From Clostridia bacterium (GTDB lineage: Bacteria > Bacillota > Clostridia > Christensenellales > UBA1242): a stretch of 64,000 bases of DNA. Location of the stretch: NCBI GenBank assembly GCA_900768545.1, contig CAAGDD010000003.1, positions 82,097 to 146,096 of the forward strand, read 5' to 3'. The notes under the pieces are model-generated. The model was not told the DNA's origin. It was given only the letters and a program-made list of their open reading frames with translations, and did no database searches. Position numbers and translations under genes: made by a program. Every line of letters begins with the position of its first letter. The stretch's first letter is position 1. Below, one piece after another: positions 27,212-35,982 of this stretch.

Positions 27212-27240
27212 TTGACAAAAAAGAATACATGTGCTATTCT
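27212..27240 (+). promoter_or_regulatory. promoter of the asnA leader
   Basis: TTGACA (27212-27217), 17-nt spacer, extended -10 TGcTATTCT (27232-27240). Confidence 0.55.
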
Positions 27241-27263
27241 CTTAAAAAATATAGGGGAAATAT

Positions 27264-27347
27264 ATGTTTAAACTTTTCAACAACAATAACAATAATAATT
27301 CAAACGCATATAATATGAGTTTCATTTTTGTTGTTGAAAATATATAA
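27264..27347 (+). CDS. candidate asnA leader peptide (27 codons, 7 consecutive Asn codons)
   Basis: GGGGAAA RBS-like sequence, then ATG 27264. Translates to MFKLFNNNNNNNSNAYNMSFIFVVENI*. Asn codons AAC/AAT occupy 27279-27299; 10 of 27 residues are Asn. Confidence 0.55.
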   Translation: MFKLFNNNNNNNSNAYNMSFIFVVENI

Positions 27348-27373
27348 TCCATTTTAAACACAATTAAATCAAC

Positions 27374-27402
27374 ACTCTCTTGAAACTCAAGAGAGTTTTT
27401 TT
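27374..27402 (+). terminator. attenuator terminator between leader ORF and asnA
   Basis: ACTCTCTTGA-AAC-TCAAGAGAGT followed by T7. Confidence 0.7.
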
Positions 27403-27594
27403 ATACTAGATTAGTTTTAAAGATAAGCCCAAAAAGTGCATTTTTTTATTTGGAGGTTGTTAATATGAAAAAAATAAATGCCGTAGCTGGCGAAGATTAA
27501 AATATTTTTTAAATGGTTTTGATAATTGTCTATACAAAAAATTATTAGATCGTCTACTCGACGAAATAAACATGTTAAATAAAGGAGAATAACT

Positions 27595-28593
27595 ATGAAA
27601 TTTATAAAAGAAAGATACACCGAAATAAGTGTTTTAGAAAAACAAAAATATATAAAACTTATTAAAGACAAATTTGAAAAAGAACTTGCAAAAGCATTAG
27701 GTCTAACAAGAATTTCAGCACCATTGTTAGTCACAAAAGAATCAGGTCTTCAAGATGATTTAAGTGGAACCGAAAGAAAAGTTTCTTTCGACATCTTGAA
27801 AGACGGAAAAGAACTTGAAATAGTTCAAAGTCTTGCAAAATGGAAAAGATTTGCACTTAAAAAGTATGGTTTCAAACCACACGAAGGTCTTTACACAGAC
27901 ATGACTGCAATTCGAAGAGATGACCAAATGGATGAAACTCACTCAATTTACGTTGATCAATGGGATTGGGAAAAAATTATTTTAAATAAGGATCGAACCC
28001 TCAACTATTTAAAAAAGACCGTAAAATCAATAGTAAAAGCTATAATAAGAACAGAAGATTACCTTAAAACAAAAGGCTTCAAAGAAAAAAGTTGTTTATG
28101 TCAAGATGTTTTATTTATTACAAGTCAACAACTTTTAGACCAATATCCAACTCTATCACCAAAAGAACGCGAATACGAAATCACAAAAAAATACAAAACA
28201 GTTTTCATCATGCAAATTGGAGACAAACTAAGTAATGGTCTACCTCATGACTTACGTGCTCCAGATTATGACGACTGGTCACTAAATGGAGATCTATTAT
28301 TTTATCATGAAGTGTTAGACATTGCACTAGAAATATCAAGCATGGGCATTAGAGTAAATAAACAAACATTATTATCCCAACTGAAAAAAGCAAACAACCT
28401 AGATCGTTTACAATATGATTTTCACAAAGCTATAGTTGAAGAAAAACTTCCTTTAACAATAGGCGGCGGCATTGGACAAAGCCGTTTATGTCAGTTACTG
28501 CTTGAAAGAGCACATATTGGAGAAGTGCAAGCATCATATTGGGATAAAGAAAATATTAAAAAGTGTAAAGAACTTGGCATAGATTTATTATAA
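27595..28593 (+). CDS. asnA: aspartate--ammonia ligase (asparagine synthetase A)
   Basis: Class-II-synthetase-like AsnA. N-terminal region ...IKLIKDKFEKELAKALGLTRISAPLLV...GLQDDLSG and C-terminal GGGIGQSRLCQLLL. Confidence 0.9.
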   Translation: MKFIKERYTEISVLEKQKYIKLIKDKFEKELAKALGLTRISAPLLVTKESGLQDDLSGTERKVSFDILKDGKELEIVQSLAKWKRFALKKYGFKPHEGLYTDMTAIRRDDQMDETHSIYVDQWDWEKIILNKDRTLNYLKKTVKSIVKAIIRTEDYLKTKGFKEKSCLCQDVLFITSQQLLDQYPTLSPKEREYEITKKYKTVFIMQIGDKLSNGLPHDLRAPDYDDWSLNGDLLFYHEVLDIALEISSMGIRVNKQTLLSQLKKANNLDRLQYDFHKAIVEEKLPLTIGGGIGQSRLCQLLLERAHIGEVQASYWDKENIKKCKELGIDLL

Positions 28594-28658
28594 AAACAAA
28601 AAAAACAACAATTTCATTTGTTGTTTTTTTTATCAACTAATATTGTTTTTAGAATTAT

Positions 28659-30662
28659 TTAATCCGTCAAATAAAATGTGCAAGTCGAAAGTTTTTTGCG
28701 TTTAATTTTCAATGCTTTCCCATTTTGCATTTTTAGCGTATATCCGTCGCCATAAGGGCACTTCGCACAGGTCGCACCAAGATCACTCTTGAAAGGACAA
28801 TGACGCAACGTCATATAAGCAAACTTTGTCTTTTCAGCCAGCGAGTCTTCCGCACAAATGATAGGCACATTCAAAAGTTTTGCAGCGACAGAGTTGTAAA
28901 CATTTAGCGCCCCGCCAGCAACTTTTTCACAATCAAAATCAAGTGCATAACTGTTGTTTGCGACGACAGCCAACTTGTTTGTTTCAACAAGTTTTTTCAA
29001 AAATTCAACATCTTTGTCAAGTGCAAAATTTGGAAGATCCAAATAAAAACTTTTTTCCAAATTTTCACAACGCTTTTTAAAATCCAATATATTTTGCTCA
29101 TCATAAATCTCGGGCGAATACACAATATTTTTTGCTGTCAACCTTTGATTTTCATCTTCCACAAACTCGAAATCGCCAAAAATTTTCGCTTCGCCGCCGA
29201 TATCTATATCTTTCAATTTCAAATCGTGTTGATCCTTCTTTAAAAACGCCGTTTTCAAACTTTCAAAAAAGTTACGTCTAAATTCATTAAGTTGTGACTT
29301 TGTCAAAAACACTCCGTCAGTTTCAAAATCAATTTCGACCGAAAAATGGTCGTTTTTATTAAAGCAATTTTCAAGGTCAAGCTTTGTCAAAGGCTGTTTT
29401 TCTGCCGCCGTTAAAACACTGCCAAAACCTTCAAAATCAAAGCCATCAAACGAGACTTCTGCACAGATTTGTTTTCCAGAAAAAGCACTTACTTTTATCA
29501 AAATACCTTTCTTTTGAACAAAATCCAAAGCAGCTTTTTCTTTGTCAAAATCTAAAATCAAATTGACAAAATTTCCCACTTCCGCGTTTTGTGTAGTTGT
29601 AGTCTTATACAGATTTTTTCCAATTTCTTTCAAGTCATAAAGTGAGATCGAACTCACTTCTTTTTCTCCGTTAAACAATTTTATCGCCGATTTCGCACTC
29701 AAAGGGCGATTTGACGAAAAGACAATTTCATTAAACTTTTTTCCGCGATTGACCTTGGTCACTTTGCCAATTTTGACGCCGATATGGTTGTTAAAGTTTG
29801 AAATAATGTTTCCATTTCCGCCAAAATAACCTTCGACATAACCGCGATTGTAAGCCAATTTCATCTCATTTTGGTCAAACTTTTTGCCGTCAAGTGCATT
29901 GCGATATTGCCTTGTCGCAACCGCAACATAATAAGGGCGGCGAGCTCGACCTTCAATCTTCAAAACATCAACGCCAGCGTTTTTTAAGTCATCAAGACGC
30001 GCCGACATATTCAAATCTTTTGCGCTCAAAAGATATCCTTTTTGCAAGGTCTTGCCGTCTTTTAAAAGCGAATATTCCAAACGGCACAACTGCTTGCACT
30101 TGCCACGATTTCCGCTTGCGTCACACAAATAAGAACTCAAATAGCAATTCCCTGAAAAGCACACACAAAGTGCACCTTGACAAAAATATTCGATTTCAAG
30201 ATTGGTGTTTCTTCGAATATTTTTAATTTCTTCAAGCGGAGTTTCTCTTGCCAAAACAACACGCGAAAAACCCAACTTTTCAACATACTTTGCCCCAGCA
30301 AGATTGTGAATCGCCATTTGTGTGCTCGCATGCAAAATGATTTGTGGATAGTTTTGACGAAGCAAAAGGGCTAGTCCCAAATCTTGAACAATAAAATAAT
30401 CGACGCCTTTGTTAAACGCTTTTACAACAAGATCGACTGCGGATTTTAATTCGTCATCGCGAAACAAAATGTTGACCGCAAGATTGACTTTTGCTCCGTG
30501 CAAATGCGCAAAATAAATCACTTCATCAAGGTCATCAAGCGAAAAACCTTCGATGTTGTTGCGCGCGTTAAAATCAGTGACGCCAAGATAAATTTCGTCA
30601 GCACCATTAAAAATCGCCATTTTCAAACTTTCAAAATTTCCAACAGGGGACAACAATTTCAT
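28659..30662 (-). CDS. U32 family peptidase-like protein
   Basis: MKLLSPVGNFESLKMAIFNGADEIYLG start typical of U32 proteins; EGRARRP-type region; 667 aa. Confidence 0.75.
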   Translation of the reverse strand: MKLLSPVGNFESLKMAIFNGADEIYLGVTDFNARNNIEGFSLDDLDEVIYFAHLHGAKVNLAVNILFRDDELKSAVDLVVKAFNKGVDYFIVQDLGLALLLRQNYPQIILHASTQMAIHNLAGAKYVEKLGFSRVVLARETPLEEIKNIRRNTNLEIEYFCQGALCVCFSGNCYLSSYLCDASGNRGKCKQLCRLEYSLLKDGKTLQKGYLLSAKDLNMSARLDDLKNAGVDVLKIEGRARRPYYVAVATRQYRNALDGKKFDQNEMKLAYNRGYVEGYFGGNGNIISNFNNHIGVKIGKVTKVNRGKKFNEIVFSSNRPLSAKSAIKLFNGEKEVSSISLYDLKEIGKNLYKTTTTQNAEVGNFVNLILDFDKEKAALDFVQKKGILIKVSAFSGKQICAEVSFDGFDFEGFGSVLTAAEKQPLTKLDLENCFNKNDHFSVEIDFETDGVFLTKSQLNEFRRNFFESLKTAFLKKDQHDLKLKDIDIGGEAKIFGDFEFVEDENQRLTAKNIVYSPEIYDEQNILDFKKRCENLEKSFYLDLPNFALDKDVEFLKKLVETNKLAVVANNSYALDFDCEKVAGGALNVYNSVAAKLLNVPIICAEDSLAEKTKFAYMTLRHCPFKSDLGATCAKCPYGDGYTLKMQNGKALKIKRKKLSTCTFYLTD

Positions 30663-30825
30663 ATTGAAATTATATCATCTTTGCACAAAAAAGAAAAGAA
30701 AATTTTAATTCAAATTTTTCTTGCACAAACTAAACACTTTGCCATCAAAACTCAATTTCATCAAAAAACGAAAAAAACGCGACAAAAAAAATAAGTTTAA
30801 GACTTTCCTAAACTTATTTGAAAAA

Positions 30826-31218
30826 TTATTTAACTTTCTTTCTAATATATTCTTTATAAAACTCAAGATTGTAATATTCAGCAACCAAACGAATAAGCTC
30901 GCCAACAGTTGGCTTTTCATCGATCGCAAACAGGGTAGTATTGAACATTTTGTTTATTTCAACAAAACTCGAATCCAAAAAAGTACTGTCTATCGCATGC
31001 CGCATACTTCGCTCGACAGAAGAATCTTTATCAACAGTAAATTTTTCTGCTATTGAAGTATACAGTTCTTTACACAAGCTATGTATCAACTCTGGTCTTG
31101 CAATAACCAACTCAATTGCGGTACACAAATATTCAAATCCGACAAGATCACTTCTTATTCCTATTTTCATAAGAGTAAGTCGAATAATTTTTCTTATCCT
31201 GAACATTTTCTTTTCCAT
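30826..31218 (-). CDS. stand-alone Spo0A C-terminal (DNA-binding) domain protein
   Basis: AGGAGG 6 nt before the ATG. GFEYLCTAIELVIARPELIHSLCKELYTSIAEKF...SVERSMRHAIDS matches the Spo0A_C helix-turn-helix signature. There is no receiver domain. Confidence 0.7.
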   Translation of the reverse strand: MEKKMFRIRKIIRLTLMKIGIRSDLVGFEYLCTAIELVIARPELIHSLCKELYTSIAEKFTVDKDSSVERSMRHAIDSTFLDSSFVEINKMFNTTLFAIDEKPTVGELIRLVAEYYNLEFYKEYIRKKVK

Positions 31219-31825
31219 GTATTCCTCCTTTTAATGGAAAAACATTTGTGTGCACAATAAATATTAGTCAAACATTTTTCTCAAATTTCACATGCCTTTT
31301 TTACACATGTTTTTGTGGTTGTTTTATGGTTTTATTATATCACACATTGCAAAATAACGCAAATATTTTTCAATATTTTACAAAAATATTTTTAAAATTT
31401 TTTAAATAATTTTTTTCTCGTTTTTTTCAAAAATTTTTAAAAATAAGAAAACTCGCAATAAAAACAAGTAAATTTTATAAAAATAACTAAAATTTTTATT
31501 TTTTTTGATATTTCTTGTGTTTTTAACAATTTTTTTTGATTTTTATTATAATTGTTTTAATAAATTCATATTTTATTTTTTGTAAAATATTATTTTAATT
31601 TTTTTAAATTTTTATAAAAACATTTTTATTTTAATACTGCCACAACAGATTTTTAAACAAGTTTAATCTTTTATTTATATATTTATTCTTAAACACTAAA
31701 CATTTTAATATTTAATACATATTACATTAAGGTAATCGTAACTATTTTTATAATGGATTTCGAATTTGAACAATACTTTTTTATATGCAGTTTTTACAAA
31801 CTTTCACCTTCTTTAATTTCTTTAT

Positions 31826-31858
31826 AAAAAAAACACAAATTTAATTTTGTGTTTTTTA
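31826..31858. terminator. bidirectional terminator after the AcnX operon
   Basis: ACACAAA-loop-TTTGTGT between A8 and T6. Confidence 0.6.
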
Positions 31859-31877
31859 TCTTTCTATTTATATTGAT

Positions 31878-32327
31878 TTAGTCAATCAAAGTTACTGTTC
31901 CGTCTTCATCAACTTTAATTTTGTCGCCAGTTTTGATATTTTTCAAGATATCTTTTCCAAGTTTATCAATTGCAATAACTTTTGAGTTCTCCCAGTTCTT
32001 TGCCAAGATAACTCCACTTGCTGCAAGCGAATCAATTTCATCTGCGAACAAAAATGCGCTAGGATTTATTCCCATTTGGCAAATTGTTTGAATAACAAGT
32101 CCGCCAGTTGTTGAGCCGATAGTTTGCGGCAAAATCAAAGCGACGCCAGTCAAAATTTTTCCATAAATATCTGGATTGTTTTGGTCAGATCCAATAACTT
32201 TTTTTGCATTTTTAAGCGCTGACTTTTGAAAGGTCGCCAAAGTGTTCAATCCTTGATGAGAAACCACACATTCACCTTCATAACTGCCGCTGCAAATAAC
32301 TCTTCCTTTAAAAACTTTTTTAGCCAT
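31878..32327 (-). CDS. aconitase X swivel-domain protein (DUF126, AcnX small subunit)
   Basis: GKILTGVALILPQTIGSTTGGLVIQ...NPSAFLFADEIDSLAASGVILA matches the DUF126 pattern. Confidence 0.7.
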   Translation of the reverse strand: MAKKVFKGRVICSGSYEGECVVSHQGLNTLATFQKSALKNAKKVIGSDQNNPDIYGKILTGVALILPQTIGSTTGGLVIQTICQMGINPSAFLFADEIDSLAASGVILAKNWENSKVIAIDKLGKDILKNIKTGDKIKVDEDGTVTLID

Positions 32328-32328
32328 A

Positions 32329-33600
32329 TTATTTCACCCCACAAATAATTTTTACAATGTCATCATTTTTGTAATATCTCGACTTTGAGTATGTTCGAAG
32401 TTTGTTGCTGTTTGTGATAATAGGTTTTCCGCCAGCAATAGGATTGTTTGTGTACATAAGTGGGCAAATCGACGAAAACTTAACGCCATAGCCTAAAAGT
32501 TTTTTATAATCTTCAGTTTGTTTAAACCTTTCAAGAACATCTGGGGCGCTGGTCATAATGGTGCGCACTTTCAATTTCTTGCGATTTGAAAGTTTCAATC
32601 CTTCTTCAATCATTTTTGTCCACTCGCCAAGTTGTTCAAAAGTCAAGTGTGGGCAACCAATAAAGCAAAGCGAAGGTTTTGCATTTATGTTCTTCCACAT
32701 AACTGGATAAGACTTATAAACGCGTTCAAGTTCTTTGTCATCAATCACATATTTTTTAACTTTTTCATTCAAAAGTTTTTCTTTGTATTTCTTTGCTTCT
32801 GGAGTAAGGTTTTCGATATGATAAAGTCCTACTGCACCATTTGAAGCGGTTGCTGCGCCAAAATCTTTTAAATAAGAGATAGTTTCATCGTTGAGTTCTT
32901 TTCCCAAAAACTTGTCAAGCCCTTTTATATATGGCACATCTTCCATAACTTTCATTCCAATCGCACTTCCCAAGATTTGTGCTTCTGGCAAAGTTTTGGT
33001 CTTAACTTCAACAACCCAATTTGCTTTTCTTCCTTCATCAGTCAAAAGTCCAAACTTTGGAACTTTTCCCAAAATCGCGCCAAAGATGTCAAGCATTCCG
33101 CTATTACGGTTGCAACGCGCACCCAAAACAGAGTTTGCAAACACTACCGCACTGCTTTCTGCCCAAGACAAAACATCACCATATTTTGGAGTATTTCCAA
33201 CTTCTTTTAAATAGCAAGTGCAAGTAAACGCTGCTTTGTTTTTGATCCCAATTTTTTCAAGTTGTTCTTCATAATGTTTTTGTTGGCTATACATAATCTT
33301 GCTAAAAATCAACTTATTAAGTGGTCCACACTTAACATTTTTGTAGTCAAGTGGGCGGGGGTCAACGGTAAAAGGGTATTCAGTTTTAAGCCCCGCGTCA
33401 ATGATTTCATCCATAATGCGATAGACAGGTTTTAAAAGACCAATTCCAAAAGATGTAACAAGATGTCCGTCGTGTGTGACAGGAACAAGTTTTTCTGCTC
33501 CAAACACGTCACCAAATTCGACCAAAGTTTTCATAATTTTGGCTTTTGTTTCGCCTTGTTTTCCTGCCAAGATTTCTTTTTCTTCTTTCGTCAACTTCAT
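32329..33600 (-). CDS. aconitase X catalytic-domain protein (DUF521, AcnX large subunit)
   Basis: MKLTKEEKEILAGKQGETKAKIMKTLVEFGDVFGAEKLVPVTHDGHL is the typical DUF521 N-terminus. Adjacent to the DUF126 gene with a 1-nt gap. Confidence 0.7.
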   Translation of the reverse strand: MKLTKEEKEILAGKQGETKAKIMKTLVEFGDVFGAEKLVPVTHDGHLVTSFGIGLLKPVYRIMDEIIDAGLKTEYPFTVDPRPLDYKNVKCGPLNKLIFSKIMYSQQKHYEEQLEKIGIKNKAAFTCTCYLKEVGNTPKYGDVLSWAESSAVVFANSVLGARCNRNSGMLDIFGAILGKVPKFGLLTDEGRKANWVVEVKTKTLPEAQILGSAIGMKVMEDVPYIKGLDKFLGKELNDETISYLKDFGAATASNGAVGLYHIENLTPEAKKYKEKLLNEKVKKYVIDDKELERVYKSYPVMWKNINAKPSLCFIGCPHLTFEQLGEWTKMIEEGLKLSNRKKLKVRTIMTSAPDVLERFKQTEDYKKLLGYGVKFSSICPLMYTNNPIAGGKPIITNSNKLRTYSKSRYYKNDDIVKIICGVK

Positions 33601-33611
33601 AACATTTCTCC

Positions 33612-35876
33612 TTAAATATCTCTTGCTGTGCGATAAGCACTCTTCACAGCCATAAAGACTTTTCCTGGTTTAATTGAGTCACCAACATTGTATATTTCTT
33701 TTGCAAGATGTTCTTTGACCGCTGTTTGATAAAGTTCGTTTTCGCTAATAGTTCCAATAGCAACAATCACTACATCTGCGTCAATTTCTTGATCAACAAA
33801 CTTTTCTTTGATTTTTTTTGCAAGTGGATTATTTATGTTTTCTGGCAAAATAGGTTGCCAAGTGTTAAATGGGGTAGGGACAGTTTTTGATATGTTTCTT
33901 GAAACCAAAACTTTTCCATCTTTGACTGCTTTGAGTTTTGTGCAGTTTAAGATGTTTACATTCGCTTTTTCAAGATAGTGAAGCAAATGTCCGCGATTTG
34001 CTGTGCAGGTAGAAGACATAAGTGTTGGCATCATTTCAACGATTGTAACATTCTTTTTCAGTTCATAAGCCATCATATAAGCACATTCGCAGCCGCTGTC
34101 ACCGCCACCGATAATTGTCACATTTTGAGCCTTTGAAACAAGACTAGGTTTGTTTAAAACTTCTGTCACTGTGTGAACATTTTTGCCATTCAATCCTTCG
34201 ATTGCAGGAATGCGAATTTTGCTTCCGGTTGCAAACACGATTGCGTCATATTTCTTTTCTTTCAAAAGTTCGCTCGTTACTTCGCTGTCGAGATACAAAT
34301 TAAATTTTTTGTTTTTCGAAAGGTCAGCAACAACTTCTTCAAGATATTTTACATAATTTAAAAGTTCGTATTTTATTTTTGGAACGCTGGCAGCGATAAG
34401 TGTGCCACCAACTTTCTTGTTTTTGTCATAAAGGTCAACGCTGTGTCCACGTTTCAACAAAACATCTGCCACATTCACGCCGGCTGGACCAGCACCGATA
34501 ACGGCAACTTTCTTGCTTGTTTTTGCAGGCGCGATATCTTTTGAAAATTCTTCTTCAAAAGCAGTTCTTGCGCAAACAGCACATTGTGGGTGACCGCCGT
34601 CAACAAATTCTTGAATACAACCTTCTTGGCAACCGATACATGGGCGGATATGTTTTACATCACCTTTATATGCTTTGTTTGGCCATTCTGGATCAGCAAG
34701 AAGTGGACGAGCTAGCATAATCATATCGCACTTTTCGTCGCGAAGTGCTTGTTCTGCCAAATCAGGATATCCAAGTTTTCCAACGCCAACAACAGGCACA
34801 TCAAGCCCAGCATTTGATTTGACATTATTTTTTTTGAAATAGTCTTTTGCAATTTGAGCGATATCCAAGAAACAACCACTTGGCATAGATGCAGGTGGGT
34901 GTGGAAGCCACCAGTTGTCATAGCAGCCAAGGTCAACGTCAAACATATCAACACCCGCTTCCACAAGGTGTTTCATATAAGTCAAAGTTTGGTCGATAGT
35001 TCTTCCATTTTTAAACTTTTTGAGTGATTTAACTCTCTTCATCTTGTCGCCATAAGTTTCGTTAAGGGCAAGAGAAAGGTCGATTCTATACATAATAGGA
35101 ATATTTTTTCCGCAACGCTTTCTTATTTCTTTAACCATATCAATTCCAAAGCGTTCATAATTTGCATAACGACCAAGTTTTCTGCGATTGAAAGCAGGAT
35201 TTGTCAACTGTTCCATCAAATAGCCTTCGTGGCCGTGCAAATAGATTCCGTCAATATTGCAAGCCTTTGCGTCGGCTGCCGCTTGTCCTGTCTTTTTCAC
35301 AATCTTTTTAATTTTGTGAGTTGACAAGCGTTTGCAAGGAATTTGTGGAATATAAAAGTTTGGATTCCAAGACGCCGAAACTGGAAGTTTAAGTTGGGTC
35401 ACCAAACATTGTGGATTTCCAACTCTTCCAAGCCCAGCCGTGAGTTGGATAAAGATGTTGCAGTTGTGAGAGTGCACCATTTGTGCCAAATCACGCCAGC
35501 CAGCAAGAACAGTTCTTGATCTGTCAACGCGTGGAAAATATGTCAAATTTCCAAGTTCTTTGATCGAAGTGTCGATTCCAAAAGTTGTTGGAATAAGACC
35601 TGTGGTGATAAGTCCAACGCCGCCTTTTGCTCTTTCTTCAAAATATTTGAGCATTTTTGCATTTGGGCGACCAGTTTCGTCACACATTGAGATGTTTCCC
35701 ATTGGCCCCATGACAAGTCTGTTTTTGATTGTCAATCTGTTTACTTTAATTGGAGAAAACATCTTGTCATAAGGATAAAGTTTTTTGGTCATTTTTGGAG
35801 TTTCAAATTTTCCGTCAAACCAATCGCCAAAACTGTTTTCAAGACTTTCTACAATTTCGTCATTTTTTCTTTTCAT
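33612..35876 (-). CDS. 2-enoate reductase / 2,4-dienoyl-CoA reductase-like flavoprotein (OYE TIM barrel, Fe-S, FAD/NAD(P) domain)
   Basis: N-terminal OYE-like barrel (LKNRLVMGPMG), Cys cluster IRPCIGCQEGC...C, Rossmann VAVIGAGPAGV; 754 aa. Confidence 0.75.
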   Translation of the reverse strand: MKRKNDEIVESLENSFGDWFDGKFETPKMTKKLYPYDKMFSPIKVNRLTIKNRLVMGPMGNISMCDETGRPNAKMLKYFEERAKGGVGLITTGLIPTTFGIDTSIKELGNLTYFPRVDRSRTVLAGWRDLAQMVHSHNCNIFIQLTAGLGRVGNPQCLVTQLKLPVSASWNPNFYIPQIPCKRLSTHKIKKIVKKTGQAAADAKACNIDGIYLHGHEGYLMEQLTNPAFNRRKLGRYANYERFGIDMVKEIRKRCGKNIPIMYRIDLSLALNETYGDKMKRVKSLKKFKNGRTIDQTLTYMKHLVEAGVDMFDVDLGCYDNWWLPHPPASMPSGCFLDIAQIAKDYFKKNNVKSNAGLDVPVVGVGKLGYPDLAEQALRDEKCDMIMLARPLLADPEWPNKAYKGDVKHIRPCIGCQEGCIQEFVDGGHPQCAVCARTAFEEEFSKDIAPAKTSKKVAVIGAGPAGVNVADVLLKRGHSVDLYDKNKKVGGTLIAASVPKIKYELLNYVKYLEEVVADLSKNKKFNLYLDSEVTSELLKEKKYDAIVFATGSKIRIPAIEGLNGKNVHTVTEVLNKPSLVSKAQNVTIIGGGDSGCECAYMMAYELKKNVTIVEMMPTLMSSTCTANRGHLLHYLEKANVNILNCTKLKAVKDGKVLVSRNISKTVPTPFNTWQPILPENINNPLAKKIKEKFVDQEIDADVVIVAIGTISENELYQTAVKEHLAKEIYNVGDSIKPGKVFMAVKSAYRTARDI

Positions 35877-35982
35877 AAATCACTCCTTTTTCAATATGAT
35901 TATAACCTAAACCCGCCGTTTTTCAAAATTAAAAACACAAAATTTTCAAACAAATCATAAAAAACAATGTTAAGGAGTTTTT

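Noticed and set aside
27465-27500. A second mini-ORF, MKKINAVAGED, with a strong GGAGG RBS, between the attenuator terminator and asnA.
   Set aside because: It has no amino-acid bias related to Asn and no obvious alternative structures around it. It could be real, but I cannot support a function. It is noted as part of the asnA 5' region only.
31380-31650. Highly repetitive A/T-rich stretches (also 44130-44440 and 60650-60900), checked as possible CRISPR arrays or tandem repeats.
   Set aside because: There is no repeat unit of constant length with unique spacers, only A- and T-tract low-complexity sequence. No cas genes are present in the window.
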